Source of the DNA: Bacteroidota bacterium
GTDB lineage: Bacteria; Bacteroidota; Rhodothermia; Rhodothermales; Bin80
Assembly (NCBI GenBank): GCA_026709065.1
Contig: JAPOTS010000100.1
Location: 15,625-79,624 of the forward strand
Direction of reading: 5' to 3'
Length of the DNA: 64,000 bases
Shown here: one piece after another, positions 40,101 through 47,712 of the stretch
How the letters are laid out: each line of letters begins with the position of its first letter
How positions within the stretch are numbered: position 1 is the first letter of the stretch
Notes under the pieces: generated by a model
Database searches by the model: none
The model's input: the letters and a program-made list of their open reading frames with translations, nothing else
What the model was told of the DNA's origin: nothing
Translations under genes and position numbers: made by a program

Positions 40101-41773
40101 CTCCAAGTTGATGTCGTAAATGTGAGAGTATTCTGATCCCCCGAAGTACCACTATCGGTATCTACTGTAACCTCTCCAGTCGCTCCAGTGACCACAACGG
40201 TAACTGTTGCTGAAGGCTCGGATGCCAATTCAACGCTGTAGGTGCTACTACTTCCTTCATCAATTTCCAATTCTTGAGGAGTCACTATTAGATCGACTTG
40301 ATCATCTTCTGTGACTGTGACATCAACATTGACTGAGGAAACAGAGCTATAATCTCCTCCTGAAGCGATATTGGTGAGTGTTGCAATATCTTCCAGTGCA
40401 TCATCATCCTCCAAAGCAGTAGCGGTGACTGACCGAAAAACATTCCAGTTGGCCTTAGTGAATTGCAGCGTGTTTTGATTCCCCGTAGTGGAAAGATCAG
40501 TATCTACGGTAACATCATTATTGTCACTTTCTACAGTAATAGTGACAGGCATTGTTGGCTCTGTTGCCAGTTTAACCATGTAGGGTTTAGTAGATCCCTC
40601 ATCTACAGTCAAACGCGTTGGTTCAACGATTAGGGCAGCCTCATCATCGTCAATCACCTTTACAGAGATGATGTAGGGATCAAGCCAGCTATATCCAGCA
40701 CCAGTTGACTTGACTCTTATGGTAACATTGTCATCGGTAGCGTCATCATCTTGACCAGCGTGAATCACCAAAGTTTCGGTCTGGGTTAGATCGTTAAGAA
40801 AATTGAAACCGATAGCGATTGCCGGTAGAACGACATCTGGAGGACTTTGTAAGGTAACCTCTTCGCGGTCACCAACAAATCTGACACCCACATAAACTAC
40901 CTGATTGGTGGGAATAGGGGGCGAAGTAAGCTTAACCGTGAATCTTGATGAGCCACCTTCTGGGATTTCAATGTTTAAACTTGTTGGATCAAACTCAAGC
41001 CCCTGGCCGGAATCATTATCGTAAACATATTGATAGTATACACCTCCTTTCTTATTATAGGCCACACCCGAGGGATATCCAACATCATAGTCAGTTGTTT
41101 TGAAGTCAACCCTAACTCCGCTTGGACTAACATCCTGAGTATTGTTATCCACTGCAGTGACTATCACGGTCTGCGCAGTACACCAATTTGTAGGTGTAAA
41201 TGAAAAACTCGTTGGAGAGGCTGTAAGCGTGATGGGAGAGGTTGCTAGATTATCGGAATAAGTCACAGAAACATTTACATTCGATAAGGGCTTTTTCCCA
41301 GGGCGGATTTGATACATTTTACTCTCACCCTCATGAATAAAAGATATACCAAGATCAGGGCATGTGTTAGGTCTATCACAACTGTTTTGATACATGATTA
41401 TACCATGCTTACGCCACTCATTTTGTTCTTCGGCTGCATCGCAGTTCTGCTGAGGCGAAGAGAGGCTCTGAACATTAGAGTGACGCTGGGAGTCAACCAA
41501 TAGAGACGTAGTCTCGGAGGTTGAGTTGAGTTTTCTCTCAACTGGAATGGATTTACTTAAAGGTGTTAACTCAACGGATTGTCCATTAACTTGACTTACA
41601 AACAATAGCCCTATAATAAATAAACTATAAACAAGCCAAAGCTGTTGAGTCCTGAATTTTTGAACCCTGTAATGAATTTTGTGAAATGCTAAGTAAAAGC
41701 ACATCAAAAATTTGTTTGGATGGGTGGGGGGATTTTCATTGATCAATACATTCCCAGTCAACCCTTCCATCAC
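34124..41773 (-). CDS. Giant surface protein: about 18 tandem Calx-beta / Calx-beta-like modules plus C-terminal autotransporter beta-barrel
   Basis: Roughly 105-aa modules repeat, each ending in V.V.DDD/DND, with FT..NW...QTV.V.A.EDDD in one subtype and canonical Calx-beta features (DY....G.L.F..G......I.I.DD...E..E.F) in the other. The last roughly 300 aa (GADYRWNSGWLAGVMVAHS..., terminal LHY) resemble a type Va autotransporter barrel preceded by a linker helix. The probable real start is Met24 at 41704, before a signal peptide ending VNGQ. Confidence 0.8.
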   Translation of the reverse strand: MMEGLTGNVLINENPPTHPNKFLMCFYLAFHKIHYRVQKFRTQQLWLVYSLFIIGLLFVSQVNGQSVELTPLSKSIPVERKLNSTSETTSLLVDSQRHSNVQSLSSPQQNCDAAEEQNEWRKHGIIMYQNSCDRPNTCPDLGISFIHEGESKMYQIRPGKKPLSNVNVSVTYSDNLATSPITLTASPTSFSFTPTNWCTAQTVIVTAVDNNTQDVSPSGVRVDFKTTDYDVGYPSGVAYNKKGGVYYQYVYDNDSGQGLEFDPTSLNIEIPEGGSSRFTVKLTSPPIPTNQVVYVGVRFVGDREEVTLQSPPDVVLPAIAIGFNFLNDLTQTETLVIHAGQDDDATDDNVTIRVKSTGAGYSWLDPYIISVKVIDDDEAALIVEPTRLTVDEGSTKPYMVKLATEPTMPVTITVESDNNDVTVDTDLSTTGNQNTLQFTKANWNVFRSVTATALEDDDALEDIATLTNIASGGDYSSVSSVNVDVTVTEDDQVDLIVTPQELEIDEGSSSTYSVELASEPSATVTVVVTGATGEVTVDTDSGTSGDQNTLTFTTSTWSTSQTVTVSTGQDDDGLNDTATLINTASGGDYASQSKDVEVTVIDDDVELILSTNTLTINEGGDGSYTVKLSTEPSNTVTVSISSNNTDITLDTDGTTIGNQNIMTFTPSTWDVAQTVIVTAAEDDDGVVDTAILINMATGAEEYQSLSEQVQVTVTDNDDQELIITPTDIGVDEGSNASYTVKLATAPIGTVTVSINRSPGEVTVSSSSLTFTNSNWNEPKTVTVTAGQDDDAVNDEVTLTHSGSGGDYDSVPDVVVTITVSDNDEAELVVNPTDLTIDEGGSQSYTVKLLTKPSADVTVQVDGESGEVTVNRNTLSFTPTNWQAPQPVIVSSGQDADVIDGTATLTNTASGAIEYASAPAVDVEVTVEDDDQIGLLVSPQIIDIVEGGNNSYNVKLASLPTATVTVTIESASSTVTVSPPSLTFTISNWASDQTVTVTAGEDDNGTDEGVTLTNRPSGGDYGSAAPVDVLVRISDNDEAELIVNLSSISVNEGASGTYTVELSTEPTNNVTVTVVSLSEKITVDTDMTTAGLQSTLLFTSLSWNSPKTVTVNALEDDDASNDIIRLTNTASGVEYASVPVVPVVVTVNDDDEASLIVTPPTLSIPEGESESYTVNLATEPSTNITVAVTGESGEISVNRPLLLFNSSNWDDPQTVIVNTGEDDDIVNDSATLINTASGGEYVSSEPVNVDVTVIDDGRSSARLTVSSNSIEEGESVSVMIELTSILTSETVIPLEYIDHSTEPPDFEERPASVRIPSGQSRGSIMIVTKDDETDEPNEAFTVAIDRDQLPSDVKLGTSFSERITIIDNDLPPPTEVTFEVVPVSVVEGDLVQVTVKLQSAINEPVTIPFSYSSGTGTPADPTTDYIQLPSVTIVAGQTEVTGEIQTRIDDNVEGPETFSISFGTLPPQVDEGRPISINVTILDNLPTITLSATPETIDEGKETIVSVTLSRALEDNVTIPLILTPITASAVDYQLLSSAPQILVNGGSTRGEVAILAINDDLVENDEQFSVELGTLPPSMVRGSPASVDITIKSDDTAGINADSSIEILEGSQRTVPVSLTAEPEDNVSVTVDGFDGSDLQVVPTMLDFTPSNWNQPKSIKLKADDDDDLEDDRVRLTLEADGRGFDDIDHIIQVVIKDDDRPNLLVQPSLEINEGDMGILNLSLTQLPTDDVTVMLTGDQGTDLTLQSSRTLIFTTTNWNDLQSFTFMAQEDADAMDDQLRVTLKATGGGYDTVNEPVEIIILDNDNAELMVDPTSIEIPEGGTGGFTVSLTSEPTAPVSITITGHENTDLVPLNTRFTFSRSNWSTPLPVNLQSNPDSDSEDDVIILNVIASGGDYEGQQKEVNVTIDDPGSVTIDIFNAEAFENLELIQIPVELNRVSHETIIVQYMTSNETAEATLDYTSSQGIVIFEAGGKRGFIQIEIEDDDLIEEDERFIITLDKPENAVLGKSTATATIKDDDSIATIAIEDAIAHEDASVITFDVYLSHPSPGPVSVQYRTEDGTASSGEDYVKASGMLTFAPGTIHSKIDVHLLKEDINWQEETFFVHLESSQQGRIEKSTAMATLSEETDETQNVMIAYTARFVRTMSVQIVEALQERFQLEDTYCSVAERADMVRFWQTPVAWTPSLGELLSGCRISKSTSTGGGRLGAWGRGSFRRFNGRGDDAFTLSADVTTAMFGADYRWNSGWLAGVMVAHSLGDGSYELSSNDAGEIESGLTGFYPYLSYQSSGWEIWLSGGYGFGNASLSELDGDLTSRFGAIGFQGDLASIQSTRVNYFGDVLLADGKMKDYKIHAEVIRIRLGMQSSFQITEGIRPYVEANVRQDGGDAETGIGIELGGGLRIAYPEWTIRGEIRSQGLVLHSADGFTEWGVSGSIQVGNPSRGLMMQIRPSWGANHGRSLYHQQTILDLGAPQIGMHRTELELGYGIPIQDGRVRSIVGVTQFSSGQLFRLGGEIRPKDWMTFSISALAHHRQSSIGDMSLNLQGTLHY

Positions 41774-41901
41774 TTGGTTTTACAGAAATAAACTTGAAAA
41801 AATGATATAAATCTTACAATAACATATATAAACAATTACAAAAATTTTAATTAGCAATTACACACTACACTAAGCCAATTAAAGATAAGAGAATTATTGA
41901 T

Positions 41902-41931
41902 TGTTAAGAATGAAAAATTGAATTCTTAACA
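41902..41931. promoter_or_regulatory. 10-bp perfect inverted repeat in the AT-rich leader of the giant autotransporter gene
   Basis: TGTTAAGAAT-N10-ATTCTTAACA, about 130-200 bp upstream of the candidate starts. Confidence 0.25.
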
Positions 41932-42208
41932 GAAAATTAACAATTCGCCTAAGACCGGTATTGACTATGTAGTGAGTCACATGACGTGTGACTCTTAGCG
42001 ATTTGGCCGATACGACAGAGCTTTATTGCTCACAAAGAATGGTTGTGTGCAAGCTATGTGCAAAACCGACCTCTTCAAGCTTTGATAACCAACATTACTA
42101 TGGCAGACTCCCATGATTAGTCTGCATTTTGATTTGGTGATCCTAACTCTGTAACTCTAATCCGTGCACATCGGGGTTTACAATTACCTTGCACAAAAAG
42201 ACCTTCTG

Positions 42209-42247
42209 GAACGATAGAAAGGGAGTTTTCGTCCCTTTCTATCGTTC
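42209..42247 (-). terminator. Rho-independent-like terminator downstream of the His-rich TonB-dependent receptor gene
   Basis: Perfect 16-bp stem (GAACGATAGAAAGGGA / TCCCTTTCTATCGTTC) with a 7-nt loop, about 100 nt after the minus-strand stop at 42351. A T-run (GGTCTTTTT) follows a few nt later on the minus strand. Confidence 0.6.
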
Positions 42248-42350
42248 GTCAATAATTTTCCCAACTCTTGATGATGAGCCTGTGACTACTCCCCGCATTT
42301 TAATATGGGGTTTACGGCCCATTTGATCAATCAGATACTTTGGTCAAGAT

Positions 42351-44900
42351 TTAAAAATGGAATGAATAGGTCAAGCGAATATCCCTTCCCGGAAGTGGAA
42401 CTGAATCTTTCAGTAATGAAGTATGGGATCTTGCTAACTGATCCGTGAGATTAATTCCCTGCAGGGAAATAGTTTGAAGTGTAGTGCCGACAATCAGTCG
42501 ATATCTCACGCTCGCATCCATCATGGTATACCCGTCAGTCTCTTCTTCTGTAGTAAATACTTGATCCTGATGGGCAACATGCCTCAATGATACTTTTGCG
42601 ACAAAATTTTGCCACGAATATTGTAATGAGGCACCAACGCGTAAGGGGGTGATTCGTGGTAAGTTCGTATCGTCAGCTGTGAGCCTACCACGAATGTAAT
42701 CTCCCATCAATCCCAAATTAATGCGGGTATTTCCTCTCTGAAATAATTCAATGTCTGAATCAATCTCAATGCCGGTGATTGTAGCTTCTCCTTGAGAAGT
42801 TTGAAGCACAGGAAGTACCCCTTCAAATTCACCAGTGCGGGCAAAATATATGAAGTTATTTGATTGATTGAGGTAGCCAGTAAGTGTAAGGTCAAGAATC
42901 CCAGAATGAATATGGCCTGAAATGGTTACATTATTAGTAGTTTCAGCATTGAGATCTTCATTCCCAAGGTCAATGGAGCGAATTGAAGTATGGACTCCAT
43001 CAGAGTACAGCTCAGAAATACTCGGAGTTTTAGCTGCTCGGGCCAAACTCAAGGAAACAGACATGTAGTCACTCAACTCATAATTCAAACCGCTACCAAG
43101 GCTAAAGAGTGAAAACGATCTGTCGCGTTTATCGTCCGCATCATATGACGTAAAGTGCATACGACCACTAAACTCCAACCTCAAATCACCCAGTTCAATT
43201 CGTTCTAGTGCAAAAATTCCTATATCTGTGGATAATGTATGGGGCTGACTTGCATGACTTCCAGATACATCTAGATCTCGTCTTTTGAATTGAATTCCAG
43301 CGACCCCTCTTGTGGTATTAATGAATGAATGATCCAATTCAAACCGGCCTTCAAACTGTAGATTATCATAGATAGCACCAACTCCATCTTCCCCTTCATC
43401 TGATAGTTCTAACTCAGTATGATTGTAGTCAGTCAACCCAAGCCTGAAACGAATTCCTTTAATTGCTGCATCGCCAAAGCGGTAAGCGCCTTCAATATCG
43501 TATGAAACAGACTGAAGATCTAATGACACTTCCCCAATGCCCTCTTCATGTCCATGATCATCGTGATCCTCTTCATGATCATCGTGATCCTCCTCGTGAT
43601 CATCATGATCCTCCTCGTGATCATCGTGATCCTCCTCGTGGTCATCGTGATCCTCTTCATGATCATCGTCATCTCCGTGATCATCGTGTCCGTGATCATC
43701 GTGTCCGTGATCAGCATGACCATGCCCTGGAATTCCATAATCTTTATAATCAACATTGACGGCAACACCAATATATCCTCGCTTGCCAAGCCAAGTCATC
43801 CCAAGAGATCCTCTTGACATTGAGCTCCTGGAGTTCTCAATATGATCAATCAATGAGACTTCCTCATCAGAGTGGTCCTCATCATGGTCCTCATCATGGT
43901 CCTCGTCATGGTCCTCGTCATGGTCCTCATCATGATCCTCTTCGTGTTCCTCATCATGATCCTCGTCATGGTCATGATCACCGTCGTGGTCATCATGATG
44001 TCCCTCAATCCCCTCTGGGTTAAACAACGGAGTTGAAACATCCCCGGTTTCACGTAGAAATCCCCGTGCTCTCCAAACAACATTCCCAAATGAACCCGTA
44101 ATATTTCCGCCGCCGCCACGCTCACTTGCTCCAAATCCACCTCGCGCTATAAATTTTCCTTCAAATTGATTTACAGGGCGTTCAGTGGGAACTCTACCAT
44201 CAATGACATTCACAACGCCTCCTGTTATATCACTCCCATAGAGAAGAGTCGCAGGTCCACGAATAATTTCAATACTCTTCGCATCAAAAGCATCAACTCC
44301 CACAGCGTGATCTTCACTCTGATCACTAACATCACCTAAATCAATGGATGACTGAAGAATTTTCACTCTGCTACCTCCAACCCCACCAATGATGGGACGG
44401 CTAGCCATAGGGCCGAAATATGTGGATGCAATACCTGGCTGATTATTGAGCGATTCTCCCAAACTGATCCCAGGCGACTCAACTAAATCACTGCCCGAGA
44501 TGACTTGAACAGGATTGACTAATTCTGTTCTTGACAGTGCAGTTGGTCCTGCAGATACAATCAACTCGTCAAGTTGAATATGACGTAAAACCTCAATCTC
44601 CACCTGAATCGTCTGCCCAGCGATAACTGTGATCGATTTTGAATTCTCCCCGTACATTGGACTTTCAACGCGCAGAAGTACAGCCCCGTTAGGGACATCT
44701 TCAAAAAAGAATTCTCCCGATTCATTAACGGACTGTGAGTAATTCAACCCAACGAGCCTCACTGTGGCATCACTTACAGTCGATTCTCTGTCAGTCAGAT
44801 AGACAGTTCCTTCAATATTGCCCCAATCCTGCGCAGTGGCAGGTGTAAATCCATAAAATGCACATAAAACTCCAACAATTAGTATTCGTAAATTTTTCAT
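42351..44900 (-). CDS. TonB-dependent receptor with two long His/Asp/Glu-rich inserts (ZnuD-like, putative divalent-metal uptake)
   Basis: Signal peptide, CarboxypepD_reg-like domain, plug (IEIIRGPATLLYGSD) and a barrel ending TYSFHF. Two inserts are GHHDDHDGDHDHDEDHDEEHEEDHDEDHDEDHDEDHDEDHDEDH and GHGHADHGHDDHGHDDHGDDDDHEEDHDD(HEEDHDD)x4...HGHEEG. Confidence 0.85.
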   Translation of the reverse strand: MKNLRILIVGVLCAFYGFTPATAQDWGNIEGTVYLTDRESTVSDATVRLVGLNYSQSVNESGEFFFEDVPNGAVLLRVESPMYGENSKSITVIAGQTIQVEIEVLRHIQLDELIVSAGPTALSRTELVNPVQVISGSDLVESPGISLGESLNNQPGIASTYFGPMASRPIIGGVGGSRVKILQSSIDLGDVSDQSEDHAVGVDAFDAKSIEIIRGPATLLYGSDITGGVVNVIDGRVPTERPVNQFEGKFIARGGFGASERGGGGNITGSFGNVVWRARGFLRETGDVSTPLFNPEGIEGHHDDHDGDHDHDEDHDEEHEEDHDEDHDEDHDEDHDEDHDEDHSDEEVSLIDHIENSRSSMSRGSLGMTWLGKRGYIGVAVNVDYKDYGIPGHGHADHGHDDHGHDDHGDDDDHEEDHDDHEEDHDDHEEDHDDHEEDHDDHEEDHDDHGHEEGIGEVSLDLQSVSYDIEGAYRFGDAAIKGIRFRLGLTDYNHTELELSDEGEDGVGAIYDNLQFEGRFELDHSFINTTRGVAGIQFKRRDLDVSGSHASQPHTLSTDIGIFALERIELGDLRLEFSGRMHFTSYDADDKRDRSFSLFSLGSGLNYELSDYMSVSLSLARAAKTPSISELYSDGVHTSIRSIDLGNEDLNAETTNNVTISGHIHSGILDLTLTGYLNQSNNFIYFARTGEFEGVLPVLQTSQGEATITGIEIDSDIELFQRGNTRINLGLMGDYIRGRLTADDTNLPRITPLRVGASLQYSWQNFVAKVSLRHVAHQDQVFTTEEETDGYTMMDASVRYRLIVGTTLQTISLQGINLTDQLARSHTSLLKDSVPLPGRDIRLTYSFHF
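43556..43660. repeat. Five tandem copies of a 21-nt in-frame unit (GATCATCGTGATCCTCYTCRT) encoding HEEDHDD
   Basis: Read directly from the sequence; near-identical consecutive units inside the receptor gene. Confidence 0.85.
43875..43970. repeat. Tandem 12-nt in-frame unit (GTCCTCRTCATG): five good copies to 43934, then three degenerate copies, encoding (H-D-E-D)n
   Basis: Read directly from the sequence inside the receptor gene. Confidence 0.85.
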
Positions 44901-45010
44901 AAGTGTATAGTTGGTCTAAAAATTGATAAATTTCAAGCCATCGGTATCTCTGGTACCTATAACAATAGAGTCCAAAGAAATCGTTGTGTCCTTATACTTC
45001 CAAAGGTTCC

Positions 45011-45829
45011 CTAAGACAGTAAACGGCGAATCCTTTTCTCCGTTGGGGGATGGGTACTAAATAGAGACATGAATCCTGAGCGGGAAAATGGCATCATAAT
45101 ATACATGTGCGCTGTAGCTGGGTTCGTGTCTGGTTGGACATGCTCTTGAATATTCTCCATTCTTGCAAGTGCATTAGCTAAACCTTCTGGAGTTCCAGCT
45201 ATGTGTGCTCCGATGCGATCAGCTTCATACTCTCTTGAACGAGAAATCGCAGACTGGATCAGAGCCGCTGCCAATGGCGCAAGTATTAGAGTTGCAAGAA
45301 ACGTCACGATATTATCACGTCGTCCATCGTTTCCAAAAATCATTGCAAATTGGGCTATGCGAGTAAGCATCAAGATCGTTGCTGCTAAAGTGGCAGCGAT
45401 AGAACTTATCAAAATGTCTCGATTTTGTACATGGGCCAATTCGTGAGCCATAACTCCTGCCAACTCTTCTTGATTTAAATTTTGAAGCAATCCTTCAGTC
45501 GCAGCAACCACAGCATGATCGGGGTTGCGCCCAGTTGCGAATGCATTCGGAGATTGATCAGGAGTGATATAAACCCTCGGCATGGGCAGATTGGTATTTT
45601 CAACTAAACGTTCGGTGATGCGATAAAGCAAGTGATCTGGACCGACTTCGTAAGCCCGAGTCATCCTCAGAACAATTTTATCGGAAAACCAATAGGATCC
45701 AAAATTCATCCCAATTGCAATTATAAATGCAATAAACAATCCCGTTGAACCGCCAAGTGCACCCCCAATCGCCAACATCAATCCACTGAGACCGCCCAAA
45801 AGTAATACAGTTTTGACACCACTCATCAT
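45011..45829 (-). CDS. htpX: Zinc metalloprotease HtpX (M48 family)
   Basis: HELAHVQNRD (HExxH), N-terminal TM helices, second TM pair and ...EYEADRIGA (third zinc ligand region); about 270 aa. Confidence 0.9.
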   Translation of the reverse strand: MMSGVKTVLLLGGLSGLMLAIGGALGGSTGLFIAFIIAIGMNFGSYWFSDKIVLRMTRAYEVGPDHLLYRITERLVENTNLPMPRVYITPDQSPNAFATGRNPDHAVVAATEGLLQNLNQEELAGVMAHELAHVQNRDILISSIAATLAATILMLTRIAQFAMIFGNDGRRDNIVTFLATLILAPLAAALIQSAISRSREYEADRIGAHIAGTPEGLANALARMENIQEHVQPDTNPATAHMYIMMPFSRSGFMSLFSTHPPTEKRIRRLLS

Positions 45830-46070
45830 CTAAATCAGTAAATTTACTCAATCATGATTCTAACGCGTTTAACGAGTCTTTGTTCTTGCGATATGTCTTT
45901 AATTATCAGATTTTAATCCATCCATAGTTGTCTAATGAATGATACTCCCACCATTAAATTGACTATCTGTGTTAACAATCTTGAGATCGCACAACCGATA
46001 TATGATACTCAAAATAACGAAGAAAATTATACAGTATCCTTGCACAACAGATGACGAATTCTACTTTTGA

Positions 46071-47219
46071 GTGATGCTACTGCAGTTCAATTCTTGGCTT
46101 GATCAGTCCCGTGAGATTACTTTTGACCTGATCCGAATGCCCTTAGGCATTGGGTTATTTGCCAGCGGTATTCTATGTGTGATCAATGCAGACTCCTTTG
46201 TTTCAGAATTACCCCCTGATGCATCATCGTGGATCACTAATCACTGGGTGATTTATCTGATGGCTCCCATCTATATCATTGGGGGGCTATTTATCACATT
46301 CGGACTGTGGGCTCAAATTTCATCTCTCATTCAAATTCCAGTTCTCTTTGGAGCCTTCTTCTATAGTAGCTTACTCTCTGGAAACCAATCCTTTGAGCTT
46401 TATTCCATTGTTCTATTCATGTTGCTCTTAGTCGCAGTTTGTGGATCTGGTAAGTGGAGTATGGATCAGAAAATCTTCTCATCGCATCATAACCGGCCAT
46501 TGATCATTTCTAAATTTTATCCTTATCGCTCCCATGCATTTGATCTATTACGGATGTATCTCGGACTATGCCTATTACTTCGAGGGATTCTATTTATAGC
46601 GGATTCAGACCAGTTCTTTGATCTCATTGGATCAAATACACCTATGCTCCTTCGCTCAGAGTTATTGCTTAACTCAGTTGCTCTATCTCATATATTTGGT
46701 GGCTTCATGCTATTGGCTGGCCTAATGACACGGCTTGGCGCACTGATTCAAATCCCAATCCTTGTAGGAGCAGTTTTTGTTGAATTCATGTCAAGAGAAC
46801 TGACAACTCAAGGCATGGAGTTGGCAGTGATTACCCTCTTTCTTTTAATCATCATCGTTATACATGGCTCTGGAGCAATTTCATTTGATCATTACTTTTT
46901 CAGAGAGACGAGTAATGATTCCTTGGACTCTCCCACCCCCATTCAAAGCTCAGAGTCTCCAGGCGATGACCCTTCACAATCAGTACAAAATAGCGGTTCA
47001 CCAATCCCAGACACTCTCAGTTCAGAAACATCGATTAGTGAGATTATAGAGGATCCTAATATAGTGGCTCAGGCGCGGTATAGTATATGGGGATGGATCC
47101 TGTTTCAAATTAATGTAACTCCGCGACCAATAGAGATTGTGTTTAAAAATGTCCACACTGGCTCAATCGTGCATCGGAGCCAAGACCCGAAAGTCATTCA
47201 ACGATTCAAATATCGGTAA
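46071..47219 (+). CDS. Tandem DoxX-like membrane protein with C-terminal soluble extension
   Basis: Two similar 4-TM halves, each opening with FDLIRMPLGIGLFASGIL / AFDLLRMYLGLCLLLRGIL and ending ...GSGKWSMD / GSGAISFD (DoxX-like). A Ser/Pro-rich linker and a roughly 60-aa tail follow. Confidence 0.5.
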   Translation: MMLLQFNSWLDQSREITFDLIRMPLGIGLFASGILCVINADSFVSELPPDASSWITNHWVIYLMAPIYIIGGLFITFGLWAQISSLIQIPVLFGAFFYSSLLSGNQSFELYSIVLFMLLLVAVCGSGKWSMDQKIFSSHHNRPLIISKFYPYRSHAFDLLRMYLGLCLLLRGILFIADSDQFFDLIGSNTPMLLRSELLLNSVALSHIFGGFMLLAGLMTRLGALIQIPILVGAVFVEFMSRELTTQGMELAVITLFLLIIIVIHGSGAISFDHYFFRETSNDSLDSPTPIQSSESPGDDPSQSVQNSGSPIPDTLSSETSISEIIEDPNIVAQARYSIWGWILFQINVTPRPIEIVFKNVHTGSIVHRSQDPKVIQRFKYR

Positions 47220-47712
47220 AATCAAACTGCTCCAGATATTGATCTTCCAATTTTCGCATGATTTGTCTTGATTCAGGAGTGTCATCTTCATAGCCCATGA
47301 TATGGAGTAGCCCGTGAACAACATATCGGCATGCCTCTTCTTCAAAGGTGGCCTGATATTGAGTGCAGTATTTTCTTGCAAAATCAAGATTAACATATAC
47401 TTCTGCATCAATTTCCGTTGAACTACCCAATGAAAAAGCCATGACATCGGTTTCATAGTCAGCACTTTTCCATCTCTGGTTCATCTCTTGAACAATCCGT
47501 CCATCGGTGAGAATCACTTCAAGCCTCTCAATCTTTACATCTTTATGACCGATCACATTTGAGATGACCCGAAGAACCAAGCTTGGGGCTAATTCTAAGC
47601 TATGATGCTCATTCCAAATGGAAATATTTCCATTTTCTTTCGTGTCGGGTAAATCAGGCCAGAATACATCTGGATTATGATTTCTTACATGATGCTCACG
47701 CATCTTCATCAA
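47206..47712 (-). CDS. ybeY: Endoribonuclease YbeY (rRNA maturation factor)
   Basis: HGLLHIMGYEDD matches the YbeY zinc motif H-G-x-L-H-L-x-G-Y-D. Its 3' end overlaps the convergent DoxX-like gene by 14 nt. Confidence 0.85.
   Translation of the reverse strand: MMKMREHHVRNHNPDVFWPDLPDTKENGNISIWNEHHSLELAPSLVLRVISNVIGHKDVKIERLEVILTDGRIVQEMNQRWKSADYETDVMAFSLGSSTEIDAEVYVNLDFARKYCTQYQATFEEEACRYVVHGLLHIMGYEDDTPESRQIMRKLEDQYLEQFDFTDI

Noticed and set aside
34124-41773. Numerous plus-strand ORFs of 60-100 aa inside the giant minus-strand gene (e.g. 35694-35882, 36183-36440, 37596-37883, 38952-39245, 39810-40001).
   Set aside because: They are Ser/Thr/Val-rich mirror translations of the repetitive D/E/T/V-rich passenger on the other strand. 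They show no independent start context, and the 7.6-kb minus-strand frame is uninterrupted.
43556-43970. Short tandem repeats that could be mistaken for a CRISPR-like array.
   Set aside because: The units are 12 and 21 nt, directly abutting with no spacers, in frame within a receptor gene, and no cas genes are present in the window.
43463-44140. Five overlapping ORFs on both strands (43463-43759, 43520-43789, 43548-43817, 43814-44023, 43850-44140) with repetitive HRDP, MITR or VIIV peptides.
   Set aside because: They are frame-shifted or antisense readings of the 12-nt and 21-nt tandem repeats that encode the His/Asp/Glu inserts of the TonB-dependent receptor, so they are low-complexity artefacts.
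44901-45010. Possible Zur box upstream of the His-rich receptor (TTGTTATAGG on the minus strand).
   Set aside because: Only one half-site-like string is present, with no palindromic partner at the expected spacing.
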